This document shows positions 16,603 through 26,248 of a DNA stretch of 43,339 nucleotides, piece by piece. The DNA comes from a virus. The stretch lies in IMG/VR virus record IMGVR_UViG_3300014202_000331, one strand, 5' to 3'. Position numbers and translations under genes: made by a program. Positions within the stretch are counted from its first letter, which is position 1. Each line of letters starts with the position of its first letter. Under the pieces are notes generated by a model. That model was given only the letters and a program-made list of their open reading frames with translations, was not told the origin of the DNA and did not search any database.

Positions 16603-18455
16603 ACGAGCACCCTTTCGTGGAGTTCGAGCACGCCGTCCGCGTTGACTGTGTCGGCCGCGTCGGTCGCGAGGCGCAGGCGAATCGTCGTGCCGGTGAAGTC
16701 GAGCACGGCGCTAAGGCCCGTCTGCCCGGCGTCCTCCAGGTCGGCGGCTACTGTCTGCGTCGCGCCGATCTGCGTCACAGTGCCAGCGACGTTCTTGAAT
16801 GCGCCGCGGACCATGTAGACGGCGCCCTCGTTGTCAGTGTCGTTGCTGACGGTGATGTAGCCGAGCACCTGATAGACGCGGTTAGACCCGGTCAGGAACG
16901 TGACAACGTTCGTGACCGTCGCGCTGGCAATGGTGGCTGATCCGCCGCGCTTAGCGCCTGTCGTGGAGCCGGCACCAGTGCGAAAATTGATGTCCGTGGC
17001 GTCGACGTACATTCCAGCGCCGCCGAGACCTGGGCTGCGGAGGAGCACGTATGTTCCCGAAAGAATGCTAATTTCGTTGGAGCCCGATAACAGTGCGAGC
17101 GACGTGTTATTCGAGGTGACCACCTGGGCCGCCACCGACGTTAGGCTGATGTCCAGTCGGCGCGCGTTCGACGTCTCGCGGATCTGGAGCGCACCGGATA
17201 CGCCACCGGCAATCGTACCGAGGCCGACCTCCAGGTTGCCTGGAGCGCTCGTTCCAGGCGTCTGCCCTTCGCCTACGTTGATGGCGACGCTGCGCCCCGC
17301 GCCGCTCGTCGCCTGCTGCGGCTGAATCCGCATCGGCGCGTTCGTGGCGCATAGGAACGTGCCCGAAGAATCCGAGCACGCGGCGCGGACGGAACCCGCG
17401 GAAAGCCTCGCCTCGGTGGTGCCCAATAGCTCGACGGTCGAGCCGTACACCTCGACGGCGCGAGTGATGTCGCCGTAGAAGAGGCCGCTCGAGCCCCCTC
17501 CGCGCTCGACGACGTGAGCGCGCCACAGGCCCGAAGACACGACCTCGAATCGAGCGGACTGCCCCGGTAGCAGACGCACGGTTGCAGATCCATCGATCGT
17601 GTCGGAGCCAGCGCGCGTGATGTCGATCGGAGTGGTGCGCTTGTTCGAAACCCACAGCTCGAGCCCGACGTCGTCAGCCGTCGCAGCCGGGAGCGCGCTG
17701 GGAGTGGCGGTGCCACTGAATACGTGGTGCAGGTCGTAACCAAGCGTCGCCGTGCCAAACGACGTAAGCACGGGGCGGGTGCGATTGATGGAGACGCTCG
17801 CCCCCGACTGATCTGTTACTCCGAAGAAACCGCCGTAAGCCCATAGCGAGACCGTGTCGGCGGCCTGTGGCTCCGTGGCCTGCTCGCCGCTTGTGTCGAT
17901 CACGATGCCTGTGACGTCGGCCCCGTTGCTGCGTAGGCGAAATCCCTCAGAGAGATCGAGTATGCCGCGCGTGATCCACGCACTCGTGACCCACTGTTGC
18001 AGGACGATCGCACCCGAGCCGTCGAGTACGATCCGCGTATCCTCGAAGCGCGCGAGCACCGTGTCTCTTGTGCCATCGGCGTTGCCCTGGAACGCCGTGG
18101 CGTAGAGCTCGCCCAGCGGGCCGCGCTGGGGCACCGTGTCCGGGTCGGGGTCGAGCGTGCCGCCCGTCGTGCCGCCCGTCGTGCTGAGCGGTTGCAGGAG
18201 CACCGAAGGGTACGCCGGCCAGCGGTTGTCGTTCCGGCGCAGCGTGTAGCGATATCCGCCCGAGATCTCCGACCGCGACGACTGCCCAGCGAACGGAATG
18301 GTGAAGGACGTACCCGTCCACACGAGCTGACGCACGCCGTCAATCTCGACGGTGATCGCGTAGGCGCCCGAGCCCGTGACGTCGAAGCGCAGGGGCGAGC
18401 CCGAGCCGATGCCCTGCGACGGGGCGGGGTCGAAGTTGCTGATCTCGAGGCTCAT
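16599..18455 (-). CDS. Large tail fibre / baseplate-attached structural protein
   Basis: About 618 aa, Gly/Thr/Ser-rich and beta-rich, directly after the spike gene. ATG 18455 overlaps the spike stop (TGATG); the track start at 18458 is TTG. Confidence 0.6.
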   Translation of the reverse strand: MSLEISNFDPAPSQGIGSGSPLRFDVTGSGAYAITVEIDGVRQLVWTGTSFTIPFAGQSSRSEISGGYRYTLRRNDNRWPAYPSVLLQPLSTTGGTTGGTLDPDPDTVPQRGPLGELYATAFQGNADGTRDTVLARFEDTRIVLDGSGAIVLQQWVTSAWITRGILDLSEGFRLRSNGADVTGIVIDTSGEQATEPQAADTVSLWAYGGFFGVTDQSGASVSINRTRPVLTSFGTATLGYDLHHVFSGTATPSALPAATADDVGLELWVSNKRTTPIDITRAGSDTIDGSATVRLLPGQSARFEVVSSGLWRAHVVERGGGSSGLFYGDITRAVEVYGSTVELLGTTEARLSAGSVRAACSDSSGTFLCATNAPMRIQPQQATSGAGRSVAINVGEGQTPGTSAPGNLEVGLGTIAGGVSGALQIRETSNARRLDISLTSVAAQVVTSNNTSLALLSGSNEISILSGTYVLLRSPGLGGAGMYVDATDINFRTGAGSTTGAKRGGSATIASATVTNVVTFLTGSNRVYQVLGYITVSNDTDNEGAVYMVRGAFKNVAGTVTQIGATQTVAADLEDAGQTGLSAVLDFTGTTIRLRLATDAADTVNADGVLELHERVLV

Positions 18456-19075
18456 CAAATGACCTTACCCTTGGGGCTCAAACAATCGGCCGTCGTCGGA
18501 AACTCGGAGGGTGGGACGATCGGTCCTGGGGGAGGCGCGGCGAGCGTGGCGATCCACGCCTGAATCGAGTCGAGCCATGCGGCGACCGCGTCACCGCGCG
18601 CGATCGGATGAGTGGCTCCGGCACCGATCGTGATCTCGGGGCCGTCGAGCTCGAGTCCCACCGGCTCGGGGAGGCCCATTTGTCGAGGCGCTACACCCGG
18701 AATGGCCCACGCTCCACCGAGACCGTGCCTGCGCGTCGTGCCCGCGTCCGAGACCTCGCCAGAGCGTCGCCAGGCGCCAGGATCGATGCACGAGAAGACA
18801 AGCAGCACGTGATCTCCGGCCGTGGGATTCCACAAGACCGAGCATCCGCCGCCCGCGGGGAACACCACCGGCACGCCCGGCAGCACGGGCAATGCCTCGT
18901 GCGTCACCGGCTCGTCGTCGTAGCCACCGAGGGGCTGGCGCACGACAGGCAGCACGTCGGCCTCGCGCTTGGTCGCGTCGTAGCTGACGATGCGCCCGGG
19001 CATGGACGTCCACACGTCCCGCGCGGTGCGGTCGCTCAGTCGTCGCAGGACTTCGGCAAGGCTCGGCTCGATCAT
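18455..19075 (-). CDS. Baseplate central spike protein (gpV / Gp138 N-terminal-like)
   Basis: 206 aa. GRIVSYDATKREADVLPVV...VPVVFPAGGG...GDHVLLVF matches the spike OB/beta-barrel pattern (recalled). Follows the hub gene. Confidence 0.65.
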   Translation of the reverse strand: MIEPSLAEVLRRLSDRTARDVWTSMPGRIVSYDATKREADVLPVVRQPLGGYDDEPVTHEALPVLPGVPVVFPAGGGCSVLWNPTAGDHVLLVFSCIDPGAWRRSGEVSDAGTTRRHGLGGAWAIPGVAPRQMGLPEPVGLELDGPEITIGAGATHPIARGDAVAAWLDSIQAWIATLAAPPPGPIVPPSEFPTTADCLSPKGKVI

Positions 19076-19078
19076 GCG

Positions 19079-19894
19079 TCAGTACCGCCGCCCTTCGATG
19101 TCGATGTACCAATCCTGGCCGGCCGTGTCGCCGGTGTGGATCGTGCGCTCGATTCTGTAGGCGCCCCGAACATCGGTCGACTCTACCACGACCAGGCGCC
19201 CGGGGAACACGTCGGGCGCCATCAACATGCGCACCGAGAGCGTGCCCTTGCCGTCGACGCTTGGAGATCCAACCATCCCCGTTGCTGCTGAAACTACAAT
19301 GGCCTCCCCTCCGAGGGCCTTCCCCAGCTCGAGAAGTTGCAAGGCGCCATCCTGGACGCTCCACGTGAGCCCCAGCGACCGGCAAACGTCCGTCAGCTCA
19401 CGCGATGCGAGGCCCGCGAACGCAGCCCCGTCGGCGAACCGGTCGGCCACGCCGCTCGACCGCAGCCGGGCCACGGCGTCGCTCAAGTTCCCGTCTTTGA
19501 CGCCCACCGCCTTGGCGACGAGCTGGAGCACCTCGGCGGCCTTGGCGTCGCGCTTCACGCTCGCGACGATGCGTGCGGTTTTGTGAGCCTCCTCCGAGTC
19601 GCCCGACGAGAGCGCGAGCATGACCTCGGGGCCTTCGCGCAGCACCTTCGCGCTCCGAAGCTCGCCCAGATAGAGCGTGCTCGTCGCGCCGACGTAGCCC
19701 GCGTCGATGCGCACGGGCACCGTTGCAAGGCCACAGATCGCGGAGATGGTGTCCCGCGACAACCCGAAGACCGTGAGATCCGCCTTGTTCGGCTCGGGCG
19801 CGAGCGACTTCTCGACGCGGAATACGAGGTCCAGCCCGTCGACCAGGATGCCCCCGACGTTGACGGAGACGAAGCGCCCGAACAGCTCAGCCAT
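19079..19894 (-). CDS. Baseplate hub protein
   Basis: 271 aa. Assigned by position between the plug-like and spike genes. Confidence 0.5.
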   Translation of the reverse strand: MAELFGRFVSVNVGGILVDGLDLVFRVEKSLAPEPNKADLTVFGLSRDTISAICGLATVPVRIDAGYVGATSTLYLGELRSAKVLREGPEVMLALSSGDSEEAHKTARIVASVKRDAKAAEVLQLVAKAVGVKDGNLSDAVARLRSSGVADRFADGAAFAGLASRELTDVCRSLGLTWSVQDGALQLLELGKALGGEAIVVSAATGMVGSPSVDGKGTLSVRMLMAPDVFPGRLVVVESTDVRGAYRIERTIHTGDTAGQDWYIDIEGRRY

Positions 19895-20219
19895 CGCGGA
19901 AGTACAGGCGCACCCGCCTCCCGAAGTCGAGCCAGCCAGGGGGCTCGGCGAGGCCGCGGCCGTCGAGCGTCAGGAAGACGAAGTAGCCCGTCTGCGGCAA
20001 GCGCGGGTCGTGGGCCTTGCGGCGGAACATCGGGATGTCGCACACGACCTTTTGCGGCCCTGCGATGGGCTCGCCTTCGGCGGTCGAGAGCTTGACGTAC
20101 CAACGATCTTCGGCTCCCACGTAGTCGACGTCGAGCAGGTACGCGCGCTCGCCTGCGACCACGCGCAGATCGTAGCGGGGCGTCTCGGGGAAGGTCGGGA
20201 TCTCGCGGATTGTTGCCAT
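19887..20219 (-). CDS. Small baseplate/tail protein (plug-like)
   Basis: 110 aa. Assigned by position after the post-tape-measure gene. Weak resemblance to cyanophage baseplate plug proteins (recalled). Confidence 0.4.
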   Translation of the reverse strand: MATIREIPTFPETPRYDLRVVAGERAYLLDVDYVGAEDRWYVKLSTAEGEPIAGPQKVVCDIPMFRRKAHDPRLPQTGYFVFLTLDGRGLAEPPGWLDFGRRVRLYFRDG

Positions 20220-20220
20220 G

Positions 20221-20922
20221 TCAGCCTCCGCTCAGCCCTTGCAGGAACGAGAACGCAGCGTCGCCGCCCTGGACGAGGAACGACTTAGCCACCTTTTTCG
20301 CGTCCACTCCCTTCGCATCTTTCGCCGCCTGCGAGCCCTTGGACTGCTTGCCTTGTCCGCGGGGCTCGGTGGGCTGGGGCGCGGCTACCGAGCGTGTCTC
20401 GACCTTGGTGAGGATGCGGAAGTCGAGCGCAAAGCTCCCGTGCCCGAACTTCGTTCGTTGGAGCTCCGAGCGAACAATCACGCAGTCGTAGTAGACGCGC
20501 GACATGGTCACGACCGCGACCAGCTCGGCAGAGCGGCGGATCTGGTCCAGCGTCTGTTGGTACTCCTCGATTCGATCCTTGTCGTCTTGCTCGTAGACCG
20601 TCGCAGACACCTCGGCGGGCGACGAGAACAGGGCCTTGGCTTCGCGGTAGAGCGCGCCGGGCGTCCCGTCGTTCGAGAACTGAGGCTGGGGGGGCTCGAA
20701 GGTGATCGTCCTCAGGTTGCCCGTCCCGCGCATCGGCGAGTTGCTCACGAGCACCTGTAGCGACACCACCGAAGGCTCGGAGCGCACGTGGTCGACGACG
20801 TCGGCTCCGAGCTCGATCGGATGCGCCGTCACGATCGACACGTCCGGGTGAGTCTCGGACTCGACCGCGTCGAAGTCGATCTCCGTGATGCCGTCCGCGC
20901 GGATGAGGTACGCGCCGCTCAT
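20221..20922 (-). CDS. Tail protein following the tape measure (distal tail/baseplate initiator)
   Basis: 233 aa from ATG 20922 (ATGA overlap with the tape-measure stop) inside track ORF 20221..21345. Confidence 0.55.
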   Translation of the reverse strand: MSGAYLIRADGITEIDFDAVESETHPDVSIVTAHPIELGADVVDHVRSEPSVVSLQVLVSNSPMRGTGNLRTITFEPPQPQFSNDGTPGALYREAKALFSSPAEVSATVYEQDDKDRIEEYQQTLDQIRRSAELVAVVTMSRVYYDCVIVRSELQRTKFGHGSFALDFRILTKVETRSVAAPQPTEPRGQGKQSKGSQAAKDAKGVDAKKVAKSFLVQGGDAAFSFLQGLSGG

Positions 20923-22592
20923 CCGATGGCCCCCAGGAGCGCGCGCCGGTCTTCTGTGAGCGCGTCGAGCAAGCCCGAGCGCGTGGCCGAGCGCGGATCG
21001 CGAACGCCGTACTGCTGGATCGTGATCGAGTTCGTCTGGCGCACGTCGGTCGACTGCGCAGGCGGCACCGGGATGCTTGCGGCGCCAAGGGTCGCGCCCA
21101 TGCTCTCGACCTGCGGAAGCGCGCGCGCGATCCGCGTCACCAAGCCCGCGACGACGTCGTCGCCGACCTCGCCGGACATGCGCGAGGGCGAGTGCGCGTC
21201 GACCCCGCGCGGCCCTCGCAGGCCTTTCTTGAGGCGCGTCCCGACTTGCCCGGTGATGTCTTCGAGCCTTACCAGCCCGCCCGACATGCCCGAGACGATG
21301 CCGTCCACGACGTCGCGTCCGATGGCGCTCGCCCACGACAGCCACTCAGCGCCCGCTGCGCGCATCGACGCGAGCACGCTCGCGCCCCACGCCTTGACCT
21401 TGCCCGGGGCCTCGGCGATGGCGTCGAAGGGGGCCAACATGGAGTTGGTCCACTCGAGCGCGGCGTCTGCAACATCCGGGTTTCTGGCAATGTACAGATC
21501 TACGGCCTCGCCGATGTCTTCGGCGAAGAACTTTACGATCGATGCTCCAACGATTCCGAACGCGGTCTCGACCTTGCTCGCCATGTCTGGCGACTTGTCG
21601 ATCTCGTCCATCAAATCAGACCAGTCGTCCTTGGCCTGCTTCGTGATGTCGCCAGTGGCGCCCACCCCGAGCATCGAATCGACGAGCCGCGAGATCGCCG
21701 AGTCGCCGCCCGCCGCCGTCACGAGCAGATCGTCGAGCAGGAGCACCGCTGCCGCGATCGCGACGATGAATGGCAGGTAAGGGATCAACATCTTGATGCC
21801 GGCGCGCCCGACCGCTGCGGCAGCAACGATCGCGACTGACTGGAAGATCTTCGAGCCCTCGGCCATCTTCGCGAAGGCGCCGACGACTTTGGAACCGCGC
21901 GTCACAAGCTCGGTGAGCGCCGGGAAGAGCGCGATGGCCAGGCGCGATTTGACGCCGCGAAACGCCATGTCGAGATCGGCTGCGCGGTCGCCGGCATCGC
22001 TCAGGACTCGCAGCGCTTCGGCCGAGACGCCGCCGCCCAGCTCCTCGAAGCGCTTGCGCATGATCTCGAGGCCCTCGGCGCCGTTTTTGAACGTGGCCGT
22101 CAGCTTCGTCCCGGACTTGCCGAAGATCTCAAGGCTCGCGGCCGTGCGCTCGGCGGCCGTGGGTAGGGCAGCGATCGCAAGGCCCGCGTCGCGGAAAACG
22201 TCGACGGAGTCTCGAGCGCCGCCGCTGGCGTCCGTGAGATCGACGCCGAGCTTGCGCAGCTTCGCGCCGCCCGAGCCCGCGTCTTGCTGGACCTTGCGGA
22301 TCGCGGTCGACACGTCCTCCATGGACGCGCCGCTCTGCGTTGCCGCGTAGCCCCACTCCTGGATCGCCTGCGACGAGATCCCGAGCGCTTCTGCCTGATC
22401 GTTGATCTGGGCTTCGAGCGCGGTCATCTCGGAGAACATCCCCTTGATGGCTCCGATGACCTGAGCGCCGGTGTAGATCGACACCGCGCCCTTGATGACG
22501 TTGGTGAAGCCTGCGACCGACTTCTCGCCCTTCCTCAGGGCACCGTCATCGACCTGGAATCCGAAGCGAGCGAGGATCTCCTTGAGTGCCAT
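20919..22592 (-). CDS. Tail tape measure protein
   Basis: 557 aa, alpha-helical and Ala/Gly-rich. N-terminus (ALGISSQAIQEWGYAATQSGASMEDV) is typical of tape-measure proteins. Preceded by the chaperone pair. Confidence 0.85.
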   Translation of the reverse strand: MALKEILARFGFQVDDGALRKGEKSVAGFTNVIKGAVSIYTGAQVIGAIKGMFSEMTALEAQINDQAEALGISSQAIQEWGYAATQSGASMEDVSTAIRKVQQDAGSGGAKLRKLGVDLTDASGGARDSVDVFRDAGLAIAALPTAAERTAASLEIFGKSGTKLTATFKNGAEGLEIMRKRFEELGGGVSAEALRVLSDAGDRAADLDMAFRGVKSRLAIALFPALTELVTRGSKVVGAFAKMAEGSKIFQSVAIVAAAAVGRAGIKMLIPYLPFIVAIAAAVLLLDDLLVTAAGGDSAISRLVDSMLGVGATGDITKQAKDDWSDLMDEIDKSPDMASKVETAFGIVGASIVKFFAEDIGEAVDLYIARNPDVADAALEWTNSMLAPFDAIAEAPGKVKAWGASVLASMRAAGAEWLSWASAIGRDVVDGIVSGMSGGLVRLEDITGQVGTRLKKGLRGPRGVDAHSPSRMSGEVGDDVVAGLVTRIARALPQVESMGATLGAASIPVPPAQSTDVRQTNSITIQQYGVRDPRSATRSGLLDALTEDRRALLGAIG

Positions 22593-22815
22593 GGGCCATC
22601 CGCTCCACTTCTTCGTACAGGTCTAGGACTTCGAGAGCGTCGATCAGGTCGATGAAGCTCCAACGAGTTTCGATGTCGATCAGGGAGTCGGAGAAGCGCC
22701 CGCTTGTGGCGACTCGGAGGAGAGGCCAGCGGTCACGGAGGTGCTCGGGGACTTCGACGCGCCGCGCATCGCGCTCGTTGCCGCTGTGACAGTCGACACG
22801 ATCTCGCCGAAAAAA
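22546..22815 (-). CDS. -1 frame extension of the tail assembly chaperone (gpGT-like fusion product)
   Basis: The -1 frame is open from the slippery site to stop 22546 and ends in protein-like DSLIDIETRWSFIDLIDALEVLDLYEEVERMAHG. Overlaps the tape-measure start. Confidence 0.55.
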   Translation of the reverse strand, partial: FFRRDRVDCHSGNERDARRVEVPEHLRDRWPLLRVATSGRFSDSLIDIETRWSFIDLIDALEVLDLYEEVERMAHGTQGDPRSLRIPGR

Positions 22816-23174
22816 TCGGCGTAGTTCACCTCGATCGCGAAGCTGAGCCACGAGAGCAGCGCGCCGATCTTGCCGGCGAAGTGCGCATCCATGTCGAGCG
22901 GCAGATCGATGCTTCGAGCCCCACTCGACTGGACGGGCTGCACCACCCTCGTGGAACCCTCGAAGGCGCACGCGAGCGTGACCACCTCGTCCGGGTCGAG
23001 CGAGCGCACGGCCTCCACGATGCCGCCCACGACGCTTCCGCCCTCGGCGGCGAGCGCCACAGGCCCGAGCAGCTTGGACAGCCTCGCGAGCGTGCGTAGG
23101 CCATCCTTCGCCCCGAGCATCGTCACGCGGTACGTGACGCCCTCGATCTCGCGCGTGTGCGTGTCTCGGCTCAT
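22680..23174 (-). CDS. Tail assembly chaperone (gpG-like, frame 0 product)
   Basis: 164 aa from ATG 23174 (ATGA overlap with the tube stop). Lies between the tube and tape-measure genes. Confidence 0.7.
   Translation of the reverse strand: MSRDTHTREIEGVTYRVTMLGAKDGLRTLARLSKLLGPVALAAEGGSVVGGIVEAVRSLDPDEVVTLACAFEGSTRVVQPVQSSGARSIDLPLDMDAHFAGKIGALLSWLSFAIEVNYADFFGEIVSTVTAATSAMRGASKSPSTSVTAGLSSESPQAGASPTP
22809..22815 (-). other. Candidate -1 programmed frameshift heptamer U UUU UUC
   Basis: Minus-strand codons GAT TTT TTC in the chaperone zero frame (A6 run 22810..22815 on the plus strand). This is the X XXY YYZ form. Confidence 0.5.
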
Positions 23175-23584
23175 GCTCCGCCCTCGAAGTGCTCGCCCTC
23201 GAGCAGGAGCGTCCACACGCGGTTGCTCACTTCCTTCGCGAACGTGCCGGTGGGGCCGCGCACGAAGGCGCAATCCCCGAAGGCGAGCGCCACGCCGTTC
23301 GTGTCGGCCATCGTGAAGGGGCCGACTTGCTTGCTCGCGTTCTTGTCGAGCGCGTGGAGCGTCGCAAGCGCGGTGTTCGCCGTGCTCGTCTGCATGAGCG
23401 TGATCGTGACGAGGAAGCGCTTGTCGTTGTTGGCGCTGAGCACCACCGCGCCGTCCGCGCCCGACACGTGCGAGTTCGTGTCGCTTACGGGGTCGATCGT
23501 GAGCCACTCGCCGTCGGCCTTGCCGTCGAAGATCGGGATCCCGAACGCGACGAGCGTGACTTTGTTGCTGTCGTAGGTCTTCAC
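23171..23584 (-). CDS. Tail tube protein
   Basis: 137 aa, directly after the sheath gene (ATGA overlap). Resembles DUF3277-type tube proteins (recalled). Confidence 0.7.
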   Translation of the reverse strand: MKTYDSNKVTLVAFGIPIFDGKADGEWLTIDPVSDTNSHVSGADGAVVLSANNDKRFLVTITLMQTSTANTALATLHALDKNASKQVGPFTMADTNGVALAFGDCAFVRGPTGTFAKEVSNRVWTLLLEGEHFEGGA

Positions 23585-25209
23585 AGAGACACCGTTCCTT
23601 GCACCTTCACCGAGTGGATCGCGCCCGCGAGAGTCGCGGTGAACACGATGTCAGGCAGGAGCCGATTCGCCTTGGCCGACGGATCGACGTCCGCAGCGAG
23701 CGGCGCCGTCACGACGAAGGGCGGACTCGCAGCGATGAAGCCGCGCGTGACGAACCCCTGAATCGAGTTGCGCACGACGCCTACGATCAGCTGGATCCCG
23801 GCATCGGTGAACGGCACCTTCGGCAGCCGAATGAGCTGCGCGAAGACGTCCTCGGCGATGCGCGCCTTGAGCGCGTGCACCCCTCGGATCGTGTCGATGT
23901 AGTCACCGTCGGGGACGTGCCCGTTGCGCGTGACGTTCTGCCCGGCTTGGCGGGTGTAGATCGTGAACTTCTTCCCGGGCAGATTCTCCGAGTCGCCGAT
24001 GGCGGCGAGCACGTCGCCCGTCGTGAGCGAGTCGGGCTGTACGCCCACCAGCGTCTTGAGGGCCCATGTCTCCTCGCCCGGCGTGTAGGGCAGGCAGCGG
24101 CCGGCGAGCGCGCTCGCGTGGTAGCCGGAGACGCGGTTCATGAGGCCGAAGATCGGCGTCTGCGAGTAGGCCGCGAGCTGAAGCTCGGATGCGGTGTCCT
24201 CGTCCTCGGCGCCGTCCCACAGCTCCGAATCGCTCATGCCCGCGAGGAGCATCTTGTCCTGCGCCTCGACGAGCGGCGCGAGGGCCTCGACCTGCGCCTG
24301 GCTGAGGTGGTCGGCGGTGATCATGTACCAGCGCGACGGATCTTCCGATAGCAGCTCGGCGAAGTCGTCGGCGACGCCCGGATCGGCCGTCTCCACGTCG
24401 AGCTCGAGAAGCGACCGGTGAGGCATGCTCCGGAGGTCGAACACCGTGCCGGGGACGTCCGCCGTGAGCAGCACGCTCGTGCTCGGAGCGCTCGAATCGA
24501 CCGCGGTGATCTCGGCCTGCAGCTCGCCGAGCAGGAAGCTCTTCCCGGCCGCGCCGGTGATGACGCACGTGGTCGTTCCAGTCGCAACGACCGTGGTGCC
24601 AGTGATCGCGTTGATCTGCGCACGGAAGCTGTCGCAGATCGTGGTCGCAGTCTCGGCGGCGCCGTTCGTGTGCGAGATCGTCGTGACGACGTCGTCCACG
24701 CGAATCGCGAACTCGTACTCGAAGCCGAGCGTCGTGTCGGTCGGCGTGAGCGTCACGACCTGCACCGCGCCGCTGGCAGACACGCCCGCGACCGCGTCGA
24801 GCTGCGAGATCAGCGCGTCGCACACGTCGTCGAGATCGGCGCCGTTCGGCACCGTGTAATCGATCTCCGTGATGACGCCCCCGGGGCTCACGGCATCGAA
24901 TCGGTAGCGCTTGCCCTCCTCGACGGACTGCGGCGTCAGACGCACAGACATGGAGAACGGCAGCGTTCGCCGGCCGACCGCGAACAGGCCCGCGCGCGGG
25001 CTCTGCGACCACGCGGCGACCATGGCCTGGTAGGCCGGGCTCGACGTGGCAAAGCCGAGGTCGAGCAGCTCGGACGGGTCGCCGAAGACTCGGCACAACT
25101 CGGGGCAGTTCTGGTGGTAGCACCAGAAGATCTGCGTGCCGAAGCCCGCTCGCGTCGGGACTTGCGTGTCCCGCGTGATCTGCACCTTGACGATCTGCTC
25201 GAGGCTCAT
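23581..25209 (-). CDS. Tail sheath protein (DUF3383-like)
   Basis: 542 aa. Assigned by size and position upstream of the tube gene. N-terminal KVQITRDTQVPTRAGFG resembles DUF3383. Confidence 0.75.
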   Translation of the reverse strand: MSLEQIVKVQITRDTQVPTRAGFGTQIFWCYHQNCPELCRVFGDPSELLDLGFATSSPAYQAMVAAWSQSPRAGLFAVGRRTLPFSMSVRLTPQSVEEGKRYRFDAVSPGGVITEIDYTVPNGADLDDVCDALISQLDAVAGVSASGAVQVVTLTPTDTTLGFEYEFAIRVDDVVTTISHTNGAAETATTICDSFRAQINAITGTTVVATGTTTCVITGAAGKSFLLGELQAEITAVDSSAPSTSVLLTADVPGTVFDLRSMPHRSLLELDVETADPGVADDFAELLSEDPSRWYMITADHLSQAQVEALAPLVEAQDKMLLAGMSDSELWDGAEDEDTASELQLAAYSQTPIFGLMNRVSGYHASALAGRCLPYTPGEETWALKTLVGVQPDSLTTGDVLAAIGDSENLPGKKFTIYTRQAGQNVTRNGHVPDGDYIDTIRGVHALKARIAEDVFAQLIRLPKVPFTDAGIQLIVGVVRNSIQGFVTRGFIAASPPFVVTAPLAADVDPSAKANRLLPDIVFTATLAGAIHSVKVQGTVSL

Positions 25210-25790
25210 GGTTCGGGCTCCGGTTCCGGTTCTTCGGGCAACGCAGGCCCGATCAATGCGTCGTTCACCTCGACGCGCTCGATGTACGTGACGCCGCCGC
25301 TCGTGCCGGTGTCTGCATCGTAGGATACTTGCTGCTCCAAGTACAACACCCGCACGCGCAAGTCGAGCGCAGCCACAGAGCGCAAGCGCTGGTCGTACTT
25401 GGTCCCGAGAACCTGCACTTGATCAGCATGGAAGATGACCGCACCGATCGCGTCGAGCGCGTCACGGGCGCTCGTTCGTTCGAGCCGCAACCGTAGGCGC
25501 ATCAACCGATCCTGAGCGTGGATCGAATGGTCGAAGCTCTCGAGCACCAGCGACAGCACGAACTCGAGGTGAGCCCGCGTCGTCTCGCCGATCTCGTGCC
25601 CTACGTCGCTTTCGTCCAGGTCTTCGCTGAAGACGTCGAGCCCCTCACCCACTCGGCGGTGCGAGCGCACCTCGAGCAGCACGTGCGCGCCGGCGCCGGC
25701 GAAGTCTCTCGGCTCGTCGCGGTAGAGCGCCGGCACGCCCGCGAGAAGCTCGACGATCTCGCGCAGGCCCTCGCGGATCTCGGGCGTCAC
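25206..25790 (-). CDS. Neck / tail-terminator-like structural protein
   Basis: 194 aa, between the gp10-like and sheath genes. C-terminal EEPEPEPEP tail. Function is by position only. Confidence 0.45.
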   Translation of the reverse strand: MTPEIREGLREIVELLAGVPALYRDEPRDFAGAGAHVLLEVRSHRRVGEGLDVFSEDLDESDVGHEIGETTRAHLEFVLSLVLESFDHSIHAQDRLMRLRLRLERTSARDALDAIGAVIFHADQVQVLGTKYDQRLRSVAALDLRVRVLYLEQQVSYDADTGTSGGVTYIERVEVNDALIGPALPEEPEPEPEP

Positions 25791-26248
25791 TTGACCACCT
25801 GCCCACGGATGCTCGCGCGGAGCTGGCCCGTGTCGATCAGCGGCACCGAGGAGCCTTTGCGCTGGACCGTGACCTCTGCGAGCTCGGGCGGAATGCCGGC
25901 CGCGATCCTGGCCTGGCAGAGCCCACCGTAGCGCGCCGCGAGCTGGTCCATGCCGCGCGCGGCCGTCACCTTGCCCTCCACGACGGCCGTGGCGAGCTTG
26001 CGCAGGTCGGCCGTGACTTTGTCTTCATTTTCGTCGGCGAAGGCACCCACGAACGAACGCGCGGGCGCGTTGCCCAGCCCGAACTCATGGATCTCGGCTA
26101 CCTCCACGAGCGTCAGGCCGTCGCCCTTCGACGCGCCTCCGTCCTCCTCGTGAATCCCGACGGTGAATCCCTTGGCTTTCGAGGCTTCCTCGATCCGCTT
26201 GTAGAGCGCAGCGGCGCCGCGGTCGATGGTCGTGACGCTCGCCTTCAT
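25787..26248 (-). CDS. Head-tail joining / tail completion protein (HK97 gp10 or Mu G-like)
   Basis: 153 aa from ATG 26248 (ATGA overlap). Motifs EFGLGNAPARSF and LIDTGQLRASI. Confidence 0.6.
   Translation of the reverse strand: MKASVTTIDRGAAALYKRIEEASKAKGFTVGIHEEDGGASKGDGLTLVEVAEIHEFGLGNAPARSFVGAFADENEDKVTADLRKLATAVVEGKVTAARGMDQLAARYGGLCQARIAAGIPPELAEVTVQRKGSSVPLIDTGQLRASIRGQVVK

Noticed and set aside
21811-21835. Additional near-matches to the late dyad inside genes (GCTGCGGCAGCAACGATCG in the tape-measure gene; CCGTTGCTGCTGAAAC at about 19272; GTTGCTGTCCAAC with N5 at about 281)
   Set aside because: Each has a mismatch or the wrong spacing, lies far from any start codon, and can be explained by Ala/Val-rich coding (VDAAT/AAAV). 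They are not counted as sites.
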